From: Candidatus Aminicenantes bacterium RBG_16_66_30
GTDB taxonomy: Bacteria > Acidobacteriota > Aminicenantia > Aminicenantales > Saccharicenantaceae
Length of the DNA: 41,313 nt
Assembly (NCBI GenBank): GCA_001775715.1
Contig: MEYC01000061.1
Span: forward strand, 960-42,272
Direction: 5' to 3'
The notes under the pieces were generated by a model, which saw nothing but the letters and a program-made list of their open reading frames with translations, had not been told where the DNA came from and ran no database searches. This document shows, piece after piece, positions 30,750 through 41,313 of this stretch; position 1 is the stretch's first letter; every line of letters begins with the position of its first letter. The translations under genes and the position numbers were made by a program.

Positions 30750-31532
30750 CTAAACGGGGCCAAGCCCCCCTTTGTCCCGGATCAGCTTGAGGTAGTTGGC
30801 GATGGCGTCCTTGGACTCGGCGTCCGTCACCCGCGCCGAGATCTTGAGGAAGATCTCCTTGGCCCTGGCATAGTTCCCGGCCTTGAAATGGGCCACGGCC
30901 AGGCGATAGCTGAAAGGGACCTCCTCGGGTTCGATCTTGACCGCCGCCTCATAGGAGGCGATCGCTTCCGGGAGGTTGCCGAGCTTCTCCTGGATGACCC
31001 CCTGGAGGTCATGGGCCATGGCGAAACGGAGCTTGAACTGGGCCGACTTCTGGACGTTCTCGAGGGCCTCGTCGAGCCGGTTCTGCAGGAGGTACAGCCG
31101 GGCCAGATTATAGCTCGGGGATTCACGGTTCAGGTAGGTCGGGTCGCTGAGGGCCTTCTTGTACTCCGTCTCGGCCTTGTCAAGCTGCCCCATCTCCTGG
31201 TAGACCGTTCCCAAATTGTTATGGACTTCGGTGAACTGGGGGTTGATCTCCAGGCTCTTCTGATAGGCCTTGACGGCCTCCTCGAGGTGCCCTTTGGAAG
31301 CGTGGGCCAGCCCGATCATGTTCCAGGCCTGAAAAAAGCGCGCGTCCAGGGCCAGGGCCTTGACGAAGCACTTGATGGCCTCGTCGGCGTTGTTTTGGTT
31401 GAGGTGGAACAAGCCGAGGTTGTATTGATACTTGGGGTCCTTTTCCCGGGCCTTCTGCATCTTTTCCTGCGCCGAAGCGCAGAAGGCGAGACTGGCGCAG
31501 ATCGTCAGGACGGCGACGGCTTTGGCTCGCAT
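30750..31532 (-). CDS. Secreted tetratricopeptide-repeat protein (PilF/PilW-like), 260 aa
   Basis: Signal peptide (AFCASA); repeated YNLG/HNNLG...A...Y.KAL..P TPR units; AAGGAGG SD. Confidence 0.85.
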   Translation of the reverse strand: MRAKAVAVLTICASLAFCASAQEKMQKAREKDPKYQYNLGLFHLNQNNADEAIKCFVKALALDARFFQAWNMIGLAHASKGHLEEAVKAYQKSLEINPQFTEVHNNLGTVYQEMGQLDKAETEYKKALSDPTYLNRESPSYNLARLYLLQNRLDEALENVQKSAQFKLRFAMAHDLQGVIQEKLGNLPEAIASYEAAVKIEPEEVPFSYRLAVAHFKAGNYARAKEIFLKISARVTDAESKDAIANYLKLIRDKGGLGPV

Positions 31533-31561
31533 CGGGTTCCTCCTTCGCGGTATTCCGGGCG

Positions 31562-32557
31562 TCACTCCGCTTTGAGCGCCCGCGACATCAGATCGGCCAC
31601 GACCTTCGCGACCGGCTTGCCCCGGTAGAGCACCTGGTAGATCTCCTCCGAGATGGGCATCTCCACGCCGAGGGCCCGGGCGATGCGGCGGGCCGCCATG
31701 GTCGTGTGGACGCCCTCCGCCACCATCTTCATGCCGGTCAGGATCTCCCGCAGGGTCCGGCCCTGGCCGAGCTGCTGGCCGACGCGGTGGTTCCGGCTGA
31801 GCTCGCCCGTGCAGGTCAGGACCAGATCTCCCATTCCGGCCAGCCCGGAAAAAGTCTCCTTCCGCGCCCCGAGAGCGACGCCGAGGTGGGTGATCTCGAC
31901 GAGCCCGCGCGTGATGAGGGCGGCCCGCGAATTCAGGCCGAACTTGAGCGCGTCGACGATGCCGGCGGCGATGGCGATGACGTTCTTCAGGGCTCCCGCG
32001 ACCTCGACCCCGATGACATCGCTCGACGTATAGGCCCGGACGGTCAGGCTGGAAATGAGGTGCTGGACCTCCCGGGCCGCGGACGGGTCCTTCGAGGCGA
32101 CGACCAGGGCGGTCGGGTATCCGGCGGCGACCTCGCGGGCGAAGCTAGGTCCCGAGAGAACGGTCATGTGGGGGAGGACGTGGGGCCGGAAGACCTCCTC
32201 CATGACCTGGCTCATCCGCATCAGTGTCCGCTTGTCGAATCCCTTGGTCAGGCTGACGAGGATCTGTCCTTTTCGCAGAGCGGGAGCCATCCGGGCATAT
32301 GTGGAGCGGCAAAACTGGGAGGGGACGGCGACGAAGACGACGTCGGCCGAGCCCGCGGTCTCCCGGAGGTCCTCCGAGAATCCGACGCCCTCGGGGAACG
32401 TGAAGCCGGGGAGGAACGTCGGGTTTTCCCGGGTCCTCAGAAGCTCCCGGTAGATATCGTGCTCACGGACCCACAGGCGCGTCGGCAGGCCGATCGATCC
32501 GAGGTAGCGGGCGAAGGCCGAGCCCCAGCTGCCTCCGCCGATGACCGCGGTCCTCAT
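31562..32557 (-). CDS. gpsA: NAD(P)H-dependent glycerol-3-phosphate dehydrogenase, 331 aa
   Basis: GGGSWG, AVPSQ, TKG, LSGPSFA.EV, GALKNVIAIA, LITRG, GLAGMGDL.LTC...SRN, VAEG. Confidence 0.96.
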   Translation of the reverse strand: MRTAVIGGGSWGSAFARYLGSIGLPTRLWVREHDIYRELLRTRENPTFLPGFTFPEGVGFSEDLRETAGSADVVFVAVPSQFCRSTYARMAPALRKGQILVSLTKGFDKRTLMRMSQVMEEVFRPHVLPHMTVLSGPSFAREVAAGYPTALVVASKDPSAAREVQHLISSLTVRAYTSSDVIGVEVAGALKNVIAIAAGIVDALKFGLNSRAALITRGLVEITHLGVALGARKETFSGLAGMGDLVLTCTGELSRNHRVGQQLGQGRTLREILTGMKMVAEGVHTTMAARRIARALGVEMPISEEIYQVLYRGKPVAKVVADLMSRALKAE

Positions 32558-33144
32558 GGCGCCTTCTGCCCGAGCTTGCGTTCCTGGCCGCCGAAAAGGC
32601 GAACGATGTTCCCGGCATGCCGGAGGACGACCACGGCGGCGATGGCCAGGCTGACGGCGAAGACGCCCTTGGACCCGCCGGTCGCCAGGACGACGAACGG
32701 GAAAGCGACCGAGCCGAGGATCGAGCCCAGCGAAACGAAGCCGGTCAGCCCGAGGGCGATCAGAAAGACCCCCGCGCTCGCGAGGCAGGGCCAAAGGGCG
32801 ATGGCCGCGTAGGCGCCGAGCGACGTGGCCACGCCCTTGCCGCCCCGGAAGCCGATCGAAAAAGGATAGCAGTGCCCGATGACCGCGGCCAGGCCGCAGA
32901 GCGCGGCGAACACCGGGTCATCGATCCATTTCAAGGCCAGGAACGCCGGCAGGAAGCCCTTGAGGATGTCGATGGCCGCCACGGGCAGAGCCGTCTTCCA
33001 GCCTTTGACCCGAAGGACGTTCGTCGCTCCCGTGCTCCCGCTGCCGAGCTTGCGGACGTCCTTGTTCCCGGACAGGCGCACGAGGAGATATCCGGTCGGG
33101 ATCGAACCCGCGAGATATGACGCGATGACGAGCGCGATCCTCAT
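32554..33144 (-). CDS. plsY: Glycerol-3-phosphate acyltransferase PlsY
   Basis: YLAGSIP, GSG.TGATN..R, DILKG, GHCYP...FRGGKGVAT, SLGS, RH.GNI.RL..G.E. Confidence 0.96.
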   Translation of the reverse strand: MRIALVIASYLAGSIPTGYLLVRLSGNKDVRKLGSGSTGATNVLRVKGWKTALPVAAIDILKGFLPAFLALKWIDDPVFAALCGLAAVIGHCYPFSIGFRGGKGVATSLGAYAAIALWPCLASAGVFLIALGLTGFVSLGSILGSVAFPFVVLATGGSKGVFAVSLAIAAVVVLRHAGNIVRLFGGQERKLGQKAP

Positions 33145-33695
33145 CCGAGCGCGACCTCGTCGACGATATGGTACTCCGCTCCGTCCGGCCGGAGGCGGCT
33201 TTCGAAGAGGGCGATCTTGCGGGCGGTCATGCCGCCGAGGTCATCCTCGCGATGCTTCTCGAGCTCGGCCATGACCTTCTCCAGCCGGTCCCGTCCCTTG
33301 ACCCGTCCCAGCGTCAGATGGGGATTGAAGGCGCGCTCCTCGCCGGGGAATCCTTCGCCATCGAGCTCGGCCTCGAGGTCGCCCTGGAGGGCGGCCAACT
33401 CCGATCCGGCGGAGACTCCGATCCACAGGACGCGGGGGCTCCGCTCGCTCGGAAAGGCCCCGGTGCCTTGGAGACGGAGGGCGAACGCCTTGTGCCTTCC
33501 GGCGACCTCCCCGAGGACGGCTTTCACCCGGGCGATCTTCTCGTCGTCGATCCAGCCCAGGAACTTCAAGGTCAGATGGGATCCGCCGGGCTTCGTCCAC
33601 CGGACGTCGGCCCGGGCGGCCTCGAGCTTCCGGATAAGATCCTGGACGCCAGTTTTGAGGCCCGGTTCGAGATCGATGGCGATGAAGGCTCTCAC
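33141..33695 (-). CDS. thpR: RNA 2',3'-cyclic phosphodiesterase (2H family)
   Basis: MRAFIAI, two HxT motifs (HLTLKFLG, PHLTLGR), PRVLW, ES.L...G..Y; GTG start with SD. Confidence 0.93.
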   Translation of the reverse strand: MRAFIAIDLEPGLKTGVQDLIRKLEAARADVRWTKPGGSHLTLKFLGWIDDEKIARVKAVLGEVAGRHKAFALRLQGTGAFPSERSPRVLWIGVSAGSELAALQGDLEAELDGEGFPGEERAFNPHLTLGRVKGRDRLEKVMAELEKHREDDLGGMTARKIALFESRLRPDGAEYHIVDEVALG

Positions 33696-33712
33696 GAAGC
33701 TCCTCGCTCCTA

Positions 33713-34969
33713 TTATAATGGCTTTCGCGGGGGCTTGGGTAGTGTTTTTCTGACCATGTCGAGGGCCCTCTGCGAGGATTGGAACTTGACGTCCTCCCGA
33801 CGGCCGAAGAAGATGTGGCGCGCGACGGCGACACCCTGGGACCGGGCCAGGGCGATGTAGACGAGTCCGACCGGCTTCCGGGCCGTCCCGCCTCCAGGCC
33901 CGGCGATGCCGGTCACGGCCAGCCCGATGTCCGCCCCGGATGTCCTACGGATGCCGGCGGCCATGGCCCTGGCCACGGGGGCGCTGACGGCGCCGTGCTC
34001 TTCGATCAGCGCTTTAGGGACGCCCAAGCGTTTCGTCTTGGCCCGGTCGCTGTACACGACCGCGGACTCGAGGAAATACCCCGAGCTCCCCGGGACGTCG
34101 GTAAGCCGATGGCCGATGAGGCCGCCCGTACAGGACTCGGCGCAGGCGATCGTAAGGCCTTTGCCCTTGAGCAGGGCTCCGACGACCGCCTCGAGGCTCG
34201 CGCCGTCCCGCGAATAGACGTAGGGCCCGAGGACGCGCTCGATGGCCTGGACGAGCCTCTCCAACCGGGCTTCGGCCGCGGCGCGCGAATCCCGACCGAA
34301 GGAGGATAGGCGGATCGAGAGCTCGCCAGGGCTGGCCAGGGTGGTCACGGCGACGTCCGGCGGCACGGTCGCGTAGACGGGCCCGAGCAGGGTTTCCATG
34401 GCCGATTCCCCAAGGCCGGTGAGGCGGAGGATCCGTCGGAGGACCGGTCCCTGCCCCGAGCCGGCGAGGCGCGGCAGGACATGGTCCTCGAACATGGGCC
34501 GGATCTCCCGGGGCGGTCCGGGAAGGAGGGCGATCCTGCGGCGGCCCGCGGCCAGCCAGAGCCCGGGGGCCGTCCCGTGGGGATTATCGAGGATCTCAGC
34601 CCCTTCGATAACGTAGCACTGCTTGCGGTTCGAGGGGGACATCGGGAGGCCGCGGCGCCGGAACCTTGCCGCGATGCGCGCCTCGATCTCTTCGTGGAAG
34701 ACGAGCTTCCGTCCGAGGACCTTGGCCAGTGTCTCGCGCGTCCGGTCGTCCTCGGTGGGGCCAAGCCCTCCCATGCACAGGACGAGACCGGAGCGGGCCA
34801 GGGCCGTCCGCAGGACCCGAGCGAGGTCGGCCTCGTCGTCCCCGACGACGGACTTGAACGAGATCCCGATCCCGACGGCGTTCAGGCCGGCGGTCAGGTA
34901 AAGGGAGTTGGTGTCCTGGAAATCGGGCGTCAGGAGCTCGGAACCGACGGCGATGATCTCTGTCTTCAT
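33713..34969 (-). CDS. cinA: CinA (MoCF-like domain + NMN deamidase PncC)
   Basis: VGSELL..DTN, VGDD, GGLGPT.DD, N..GTAPG, LPGPPRE, AESCTGG, PGSS, GAVS, TGIAGP.GG...KPVGLV. Confidence 0.95.
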   Translation of the reverse strand: MKTEIIAVGSELLTPDFQDTNSLYLTAGLNAVGIGISFKSVVGDDEADLARVLRTALARSGLVLCMGGLGPTEDDRTRETLAKVLGRKLVFHEEIEARIAARFRRRGLPMSPSNRKQCYVIEGAEILDNPHGTAPGLWLAAGRRRIALLPGPPREIRPMFEDHVLPRLAGSGQGPVLRRILRLTGLGESAMETLLGPVYATVPPDVAVTTLASPGELSIRLSSFGRDSRAAAEARLERLVQAIERVLGPYVYSRDGASLEAVVGALLKGKGLTIACAESCTGGLIGHRLTDVPGSSGYFLESAVVYSDRAKTKRLGVPKALIEEHGAVSAPVARAMAAGIRRTSGADIGLAVTGIAGPGGGTARKPVGLVYIALARSQGVAVARHIFFGRREDVKFQSSQRALDMVRKTLPKPPRKPL

Positions 34970-34982
34970 GCTCGCTCGGGCC

Positions 34983-35432
34983 TCAGACCCAGAGCAGGAT
35001 CAGGCGTCCGAGGACGGCGGCCGCGAGGCCGGCGCCGACGTCGTCGGCCATGATCCCCCAGCCGCCGGGAAGCCGCTCGAGCCTCCGGATCGGCCAGGGC
35101 TTGATGATATCAAAAAAGCGGAAGAGAGCGAAGGCCACGGCGACCGGGACCCAGGCGGCAGGGAGGAAGGCCAGGGCGATGAGCTGCCCGCAGACCTCGT
35201 CGATGACGATCCGGCCCGGATCGGGACGACCGAGCTCGGCCGCATGGACGGCCGAAGACGCGGCCCCGGCGAAGAAGAGGACGATGACAAGGAGCGCGTA
35301 AAGCGTCCCGGGGAGGCCGTGGAGGACGAGCCCGTAGGACAGCGCGGCGACGGCGCTCGCGGCCGTCCCGGGGATAAGAGGGAAGAGGCCGATCCCGAAG
35401 AACGTCGCCAGGACGCGGGCGCCGGTCTTCAC
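34983..35432 (-). CDS. pgpA: Phosphatidylglycerophosphatase A
   Basis: G.G..P..PGT..S, DPGRIVIDEVCG, FRFFDIIKPWP, GGWGIMADD. Confidence 0.95.
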   Translation of the reverse strand: MKTGARVLATFFGIGLFPLIPGTAASAVAALSYGLVLHGLPGTLYALLVIVLFFAGAASSAVHAAELGRPDPGRIVIDEVCGQLIALAFLPAAWVPVAVAFALFRFFDIIKPWPIRRLERLPGGWGIMADDVGAGLAAAVLGRLILLWV

Positions 35433-36787
35433 GCGGCCAGCCTCCCCGCGAGATCATAATCGGAAGACGATGTGACCTCCACTTCGACGACCGCGGCAGG
35501 CGGTTCGGACAGTCCGGCCGGGAGGGCGAAGCGAACGACACCGTCGACTTCGGGGGCCTGGAAGCGGCCCCGCCCGATCCATAGGCCCGTCGCCCCCGGC
35601 TCGGGACTTTCGACGAGGACCTCGATCGTCCGGCCGACCCGCCGCGCGTTCACCCCGCGCGAAACGCGGGCCTGGATCTCCATGATCTCCGCGCGGCGGG
35701 CCTCCTTTTCCTCCGGGCCAACCGTGTCGGCCAGGCGGCAGGCCGGCGTCCCGGCTTCCGGCGAGAAGGCGAAGACGCCGAGGTGGTCGAAGCGGGCCTC
35801 CTCGACGAAACGGCGCAGGGCCGCGAACTCCGTTCGCCCCTCTCCGGGAAAGCCGACGATGAGCGAGGTCCGGACGGCGACGTCGGGGAGCTTCGCCCGG
35901 ATCCTTTCGAGCAGCCGGAGGGCCCGGGCGCCGTCCATCCCTCTCCGCATGGCCTTGACCATACCGGGGTCGGCGTGTTGGAAAGGGATATCGAGATAGC
36001 GGCAGATCCCGGGCCGGGTCATGGCCTCGAGGAGCGCGTCGTCGATCTCTTCCGGATAGCCGTAGAGGAACCGGATCCAAGCGACGCCCTCGATCCGGGA
36101 AAGCCGGACGAGAAGACGGGCCAGGCCGTTCTCGAGGCCGCGGTCGCGGCCGAACCAGGTCGTATCATGGGAGACGAGGTCGATCTCCTTGACCCCGAGC
36201 CCGGCGAGCGTCCGGACCTCGCGGACGATGGAGGCCGGGCTCCGCGAGACATAGGGACCCTTGATAAGGGGGATGGCGCAGAATCCGCAGCGATGAGAAC
36301 ATCCCTCGGAGATCTTGACGTAGGACCAGGCGCCGGGCGTCGAGACGAGCCGGGGAGAGGTATCCGAATAGAGGAAGGTCCGTTCCCGGGGCCGCCCGGC
36401 CCGGCCTTCGACGATCCCGACGATCCTGTCGAAATCCCGGACCCCGGTCCAAGCGTCGACGCCGGGAAAGGCGCGTTCGAGCCTGGCCCGGTCCCGCTCG
36501 ACGTAGCATCCGGCCGCGACGATCCTCTTCGCCGGGTCCCGCCGCTTGAGACGGAGGACGCCGCGGAGGGTCGCCTCGGCTTCCTCGCGGGCCGGTCCGA
36601 TGAAGCCGCAGGTGTTGACGATGACGAGATCGGCGTCCTCCGCCCGGTCCACGATCGCGTAACCCGCTCCCTTGAACGCGCCGAGCATGACCTCGCTGTC
36701 GACGAGGTTCTTGGCGCAGCCGAGGCTGATGAGGGCGACCGTTCCGGCGCGCCGGCCGCCTCTGGCGCCGCGCGTCGGCCGGGTCAA
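35429..36787 (-). CDS. rimO: Ribosomal protein S12 methylthiotransferase
   Basis: [36 protein letters not shown] (CxxxCxxC), [18 protein letters not shown] domain. TTG start overlapping the asnS stop is inferred. Confidence 0.95.
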   Translation of the reverse strand: MTRPTRGARGGRRAGTVALISLGCAKNLVDSEVMLGAFKGAGYAIVDRAEDADLVIVNTCGFIGPAREEAEATLRGVLRLKRRDPAKRIVAAGCYVERDRARLERAFPGVDAWTGVRDFDRIVGIVEGRAGRPRERTFLYSDTSPRLVSTPGAWSYVKISEGCSHRCGFCAIPLIKGPYVSRSPASIVREVRTLAGLGVKEIDLVSHDTTWFGRDRGLENGLARLLVRLSRIEGVAWIRFLYGYPEEIDDALLEAMTRPGICRYLDIPFQHADPGMVKAMRRGMDGARALRLLERIRAKLPDVAVRTSLIVGFPGEGRTEFAALRRFVEEARFDHLGVFAFSPEAGTPACRLADTVGPEEKEARRAEIMEIQARVSRGVNARRVGRTIEVLVESPEPGATGLWIGRGRFQAPEVDGVVRFALPAGLSEPPAAVVEVEVTSSSDYDLAGRLAA

Positions 36788-38076
36788 GGATAGATCCTGT
36801 AGAGGAGGCGCGGGAAGGGGATGGTCTCGCGGATGTGCTTGACCCCGCAAAGCCAGGAGACCATCCGCTCGACGCCCATGCCGAATCCCGAGTGAGGGAC
36901 GGAGCCGTATTTGCGCAGGTCGAGGTACCACTCGTACGCTTCGCGCGGCAGCTTGTGCTCCGCGAGACGCTTTTCGAGGAGGCCGAGGTCGTGGATGCGC
37001 TGGCCGCCGCCGATGATCTCGCCGTAGCCTTCCGAGGCCAGGAAGTCGACGCCCAGGACGACGTCCGGGTTCTCCGGGGACGGTTGCATATAGAAGGCCT
37101 TGATGGCGGCGGGGAAGTGGGTGACGCAGACGGGCCGGTCGTAGATCTCGGAGATGAGCGTCTCCTCGGGCGAGCCGAAATCGGTGCCCCATTCGATCGT
37201 CGAACCCTTCTCCCTGAGGAGCGGCAGGGCCTGGTCATAGGTCAGCCGGGGGAACGGACGGCGCACGGCCTCGAGGGGCTTGGTGTCGCGCTCGAGCGTC
37301 TCGAGCTCGTGGGCCCGCTTCGTGAGGACGCGCTCCAAGATGAAGAGGACGAGATCCTCGCCGAGCTCGATGGTGTCGGAGAGGGTCGCGAAGGCCACCT
37401 CGGGCTCGACCATCCAGAACTCGATGAGGTGCCGCCGGGTCTTCGATTTCTCGGCCCGGAAGGTCGGGCCGAAGCAGTAGACCTTGCCGAAGGCCATCGC
37501 CGTGGCCTCGTTGTAGAGCTGACCGCTCTGGCTGAGATAGGCCTTCTGGTCGAAATACTCGGTCTCGAACAGGGTCGTCGTCCCCTCGCACGCGCTGGGC
37601 GTCAGGATGGGCGTGTCCATCAGGCGGAAACCGCGGCCGTCGAAGAAGTCCCGGATGGCCTTGACGATCTCGGCCCGGACGCGGAGGACGGCGTGCTGCT
37701 TCGAGGAGCGAAGCCAGAGATGGCGGTGCTCCATCAGGAAAGGCGTGCTGTGCTCCTTGGGCGTGATCGGGTAGTCGGCGGCGACCTGGACGATCTCGAT
37801 CTCGGACATGGCCAGCTCGAAGCCGCCGGGCGCCCTCTTGTCCGCGCGGACCTTGCCCCGGACGATGAGCGAGGATTCCTGGGTCAGGCGGTCGAACTGC
37901 AGGAAGAGAAGCGTTTCCTTGTCGGCGCTGGAGGCCGTGGCCTGGATGAGGCCCGTCCCGTCCCGAACGAGCAGGAAGCGGACCTTGCCCGAAGAGCGCT
38001 TGTTATAGACCCAGCCGCGGATCTCGACGTCCTGGCCGTCATAGGCCGCGATGTCCTCGATGTAGACCCATTTCAT
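36784..38076 (-). CDS. asnS: Asparagine--tRNA ligase, 430 aa
   Basis: [73 protein letters not shown]. Confidence 0.95.
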   Translation of the reverse strand: MKWVYIEDIAAYDGQDVEIRGWVYNKRSSGKVRFLLVRDGTGLIQATASSADKETLLFLQFDRLTQESSLIVRGKVRADKRAPGGFELAMSEIEIVQVAADYPITPKEHSTPFLMEHRHLWLRSSKQHAVLRVRAEIVKAIRDFFDGRGFRLMDTPILTPSACEGTTTLFETEYFDQKAYLSQSGQLYNEATAMAFGKVYCFGPTFRAEKSKTRRHLIEFWMVEPEVAFATLSDTIELGEDLVLFILERVLTKRAHELETLERDTKPLEAVRRPFPRLTYDQALPLLREKGSTIEWGTDFGSPEETLISEIYDRPVCVTHFPAAIKAFYMQPSPENPDVVLGVDFLASEGYGEIIGGGQRIHDLGLLEKRLAEHKLPREAYEWYLDLRKYGSVPHSGFGMGVERMVSWLCGVKHIRETIPFPRLLYRIYP

Positions 38077-38085
38077 GATGCGCCG

Positions 38086-38114
38086 ATTATAGGACAAACC
38101 GCAGTCCCGCGCAA
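38086..38114 (-). promoter_or_regulatory. asnS operon promoter (near-leaderless)
   Basis: TTGCGC, 17 bp spacer, TATAAT; ATG 9 nt downstream with no SD. Confidence 0.7.
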
Positions 38115-38134
38115 ACGCCTCTATCAGCATATCC

Positions 38135-38331
38135 GTTCCCGCCGCTTGCGGCCGCGGAGGGGCTTCGGGGATCGTCTCCGTTCGCTGCGGTGATCCTTCA
38201 CGCCGTCCCGGTCCGGAGCCGACCTGGACGTCTCCGTCCCGATGCCGGCTAGATCACCGCTTTATGCTCACTCCGCGATACCCCTCAACCCCTTCTTCCG
38301 CGGCCTCGCGGGAACACCCCTGCGCGGGGTG
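38135..38331. repeat. Long imperfect inverted-repeat element (about 180-nt rod plus small hairpin); REPIN/MITE-like or ncRNA
   Basis: GTTCCCGC/GCGGGAAC, GGCCGCGGA/TCCGCGGCC, GGGGATCG/CGATACCCC, GCGGTGATC/GATCACCGC, then CACCCC-TGCGC-GGGGTG. Confidence 0.65.
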
Positions 38332-38357
38332 GCCTTCGTTCGGGATTTTCGAGCGGT

Positions 38358-38386
38358 TTAACTAACCTGGTCGCCCTGGGTATAAT
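38358..38386 (+). promoter_or_regulatory. Promoter of the DUF4416-like gene (near-leaderless)
   Basis: TTAACT, 17 bp spacer, TATAAT; ATG 9 nt downstream. Confidence 0.65.
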
Positions 38387-38395
38387 GGGGAAGCC

Positions 38396-38938
38396 ATGGC
38401 TCAGCCGAAAGCGTTCGCGCCGGTCAAGATCGTTTGCGGCGTCATATATAAGGAAGACACCCTGTATGAGAGGGTCCGGACGACGCTCGAAGCCGAATGG
38501 GGGGCGGTCGACCTCGAGAGCGCGACCTTCCCCTTCGACCTGACCGATTATTACGAGGCCGAGATGGGCCCCGGCCTGGTCCGGCGGTTCATGAGCTTCC
38601 GAAGGCTGGGGACGCCCGAATCCCTGCCGTCCCTGAAGCTCCGGACGATCGCGCTCGAGGAGGCCCTCCGGCGGGAATCAGGAGCCGCCGGGCGGCCGGT
38701 CAACATCGATCCGGGCTATGTCACTGCGTCCGCGCTCGTCATGGCCACGGCCAAGGATTTCTCCCACCGCATCCCGATCGGCGGCGGGATCTATGCCCAC
38801 CTCGAGCTTCTGTTCACGAAAACGGGGATCAGAACCCTCAGTTGGACCTATCCCGACCTGAAGCGCGAACCGTGCAGCGAATACTTCCGGGAGGTCCGGA
38901 AGACTTACCTACAAAGCGTCCGCGGCGATCGCGCCTGA
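38396..38938 (+). CDS. DUF4416-like family protein
   Basis: F..TDYY..EMG..L.R.F.SF, LK..T..LE, R.VNIDPGY, LV.AT.K.FSHRI....GIYA, W.YPD match my recollection of DUF4416. Confidence 0.8.
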   Translation: MAQPKAFAPVKIVCGVIYKEDTLYERVRTTLEAEWGAVDLESATFPFDLTDYYEAEMGPGLVRRFMSFRRLGTPESLPSLKLRTIALEEALRRESGAAGRPVNIDPGYVTASALVMATAKDFSHRIPIGGGIYAHLELLFTKTGIRTLSWTYPDLKREPCSEYFREVRKTYLQSVRGDRA

Positions 38939-38949
38939 CGGCGGCCGGC

Positions 38950-40104
<1,155 letters not shown>

Positions 40105-40129
40105 GAGACTATTCTAACAGAATGGCGCG

Positions 40130-40182
40130 AAAAAAATGAGGGACCGCCATCGCCGGCTCATCCGTCCGGCGAGGACGGTCCC
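40130..40182 (-). terminator. Probable intrinsic terminator after the serA-like gene
   Basis: GGGACCG..GCCGG/CCGGC..CGGTCCC stem followed on the minus strand by TCATTTTTTT. Confidence 0.55.
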
Positions 40183-40197
40183 CCGTGAGGCTTCAGC

Positions 40198-41097
40198 TCA
40201 GGACAGCTTATCTTTGAGGATGCGGACGGCCTCCAGGCCGGCCCTCTGCTGGCCCTCCGCGGCCGCGGCGCCGAGGTGGGGGATGGGGATGACGTTCGGA
40301 TGGTCGACGAGCGCGAAGTCTTCGGGCGGCTCCTTGTCGAAGACGTCCAGGGCCGCGGCCCGGACCTTCCCGCCGTTAAGCGCGTCGAGCAGGGCCTTCT
40401 CGTCGACAACCCCGCCGCGGGCGACGTTGACAATGATGACCCCGGACTTGATCTTGGCGAATTCGGCCTCGGCCAGGATCGGCTTGGCCGGCTTGGGGAC
40501 GTGCAGGGTGATGAGATCGGCCGCCGCCAGGAGATCGTCGAGTGGGACCTGCTTGACGGCCAGTTCGGTCTTGATCGGGATGATGTCGTAGGCGACGACG
40601 GTCATGCCGAAAGCCAGGGCCCGCTTGGCGACCTCCTGTCCGATCCGTCCGAAGCCGATGATGCCCAGGGTCTTGCCGAAGAGCTCCGTGCCTTCGAGGG
40701 CCTTTTTGTCCCACTTGTGGGCCTTCATCGACAGGATCGCCTTCCAGTGGTTACGGACGGCGCCGAGCATGAGCCCGAAGGTGTGCTCGGCGACCGTGAT
40801 CGACGTGGCGGCCGGCGTGTTGGCGACGAAGATGCCCTTCTCCTTGGCCGCGTCGCGGTCGATGTTGTCGAGGCCGATGCCGGCCCGGACGAGGACCTTG
40901 AGGTCCTTCCCGGCTTCGATGACCGGCCGGGTGATCCGCGAGGCGCTGCGCACGACGATGGCGCTGTAACCGGGAACCGTCTGCATGAGCTCGGCCTCGC
41001 TCATGCCCTTGGCCACGGTGACCTCGAACCCGGGCGCGGCTTTCAGCTGTTCGAGGGCCGCCTTATCCATGCCGTCGGCGATGAGGATCTTGGTCAT
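40198..41097 (-). CDS. serA: D-3-phosphoglycerate/2-hydroxyacid dehydrogenase (short form, no ACT domain), 299 aa
   Basis: [54 protein letters not shown]. Confidence 0.8.
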   Translation of the reverse strand: MTKILIADGMDKAALEQLKAAPGFEVTVAKGMSEAELMQTVPGYSAIVVRSASRITRPVIEAGKDLKVLVRAGIGLDNIDRDAAKEKGIFVANTPAATSITVAEHTFGLMLGAVRNHWKAILSMKAHKWDKKALEGTELFGKTLGIIGFGRIGQEVAKRALAFGMTVVAYDIIPIKTELAVKQVPLDDLLAAADLITLHVPKPAKPILAEAEFAKIKSGVIIVNVARGGVVDEKALLDALNGGKVRAAALDVFDKEPPEDFALVDHPNVIPIPHLGAAAAEGQQRAGLEAVRILKDKLS

Positions 41098-41313
41098 TGC
41101 CAATTCTCCTTGAGGACGGCCTGGGCCGCCGTGATGCCGGCGCCGGCCTCGAACTTGTAGCCGAGGTCCATGAGCGTCATCTCGAGGGCCGATAGGGCCG
41201 TGATGATGTCGAAACCGCCCATGTAACCCAGGTGGGCGATGCGGAAGATCTTGCCTTTATACGGGTCCTGCCCGCCGGCGATGTAGGCCATGTACTTGCC
41301 TTGCATGGTCTTG
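41094..41313 (-). CDS. Class V PLP aminotransferase (alanine-glyoxylate/serine-pyruvate type), C-terminal fragment
   Basis: [17 protein letters not shown]...D....LSALE..L..LG is the typical C-terminus. ATGA overlap with serA. Confidence 0.85.
   Translation of the reverse strand, partial: KTMQGKYMAYIAGGQDPYKGKIFRIAHLGYMGGFDIITALSALEMTLMDLGYKFEAGAGITAAQAVLKENWQ

Overview
High-GC bacterial core-genome window that is almost fully coding. Gene content suggests an anaerobic peptide/amino-acid utiliser, possibly Aminicenantia-like, but taxonomy is only an impression. In order it holds: a partial active M16 peptidase; an orphan NtrC/NtrX-type sigma54 regulator whose 3' end overlaps the RNase P RNA gene (rnpB); a small membrane protein and MFS transporter; a stand-alone nuoJKLMN operon with a frameshift near the nuoJ start; initiator tRNA-fMet; a PurF-like protein lacking Cys1; pepP, a nitrilase-family gene and a NusG paralogue; a GHL10 glycosidase; hydantoinase/oxoprolinase A+B; an FmdB zinc ribbon; RidA; pepD; znuACB; a pair of secreted M16 proteins with no zinc site, coupled to ftcD; ahcY; asnS-rimO-pgpA-cinA-thpR-plsY-gpsA-TPR; a DUF4416-like gene; cysteine desulfurase; a serA-like gene; and a partial class V aminotransferase. 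I saw no transposase, integrase, prophage or CRISPR array. The best candidates for novelty are the catalytically dead M16 pair, the CDS/rnpB overlap, two further enzymes with altered catalytic residues, a possible Tat-signal RidA isoform, repeated leaderless promoter layouts and two structured intergenic elements. All product calls come from motif recognition; no database search was run.
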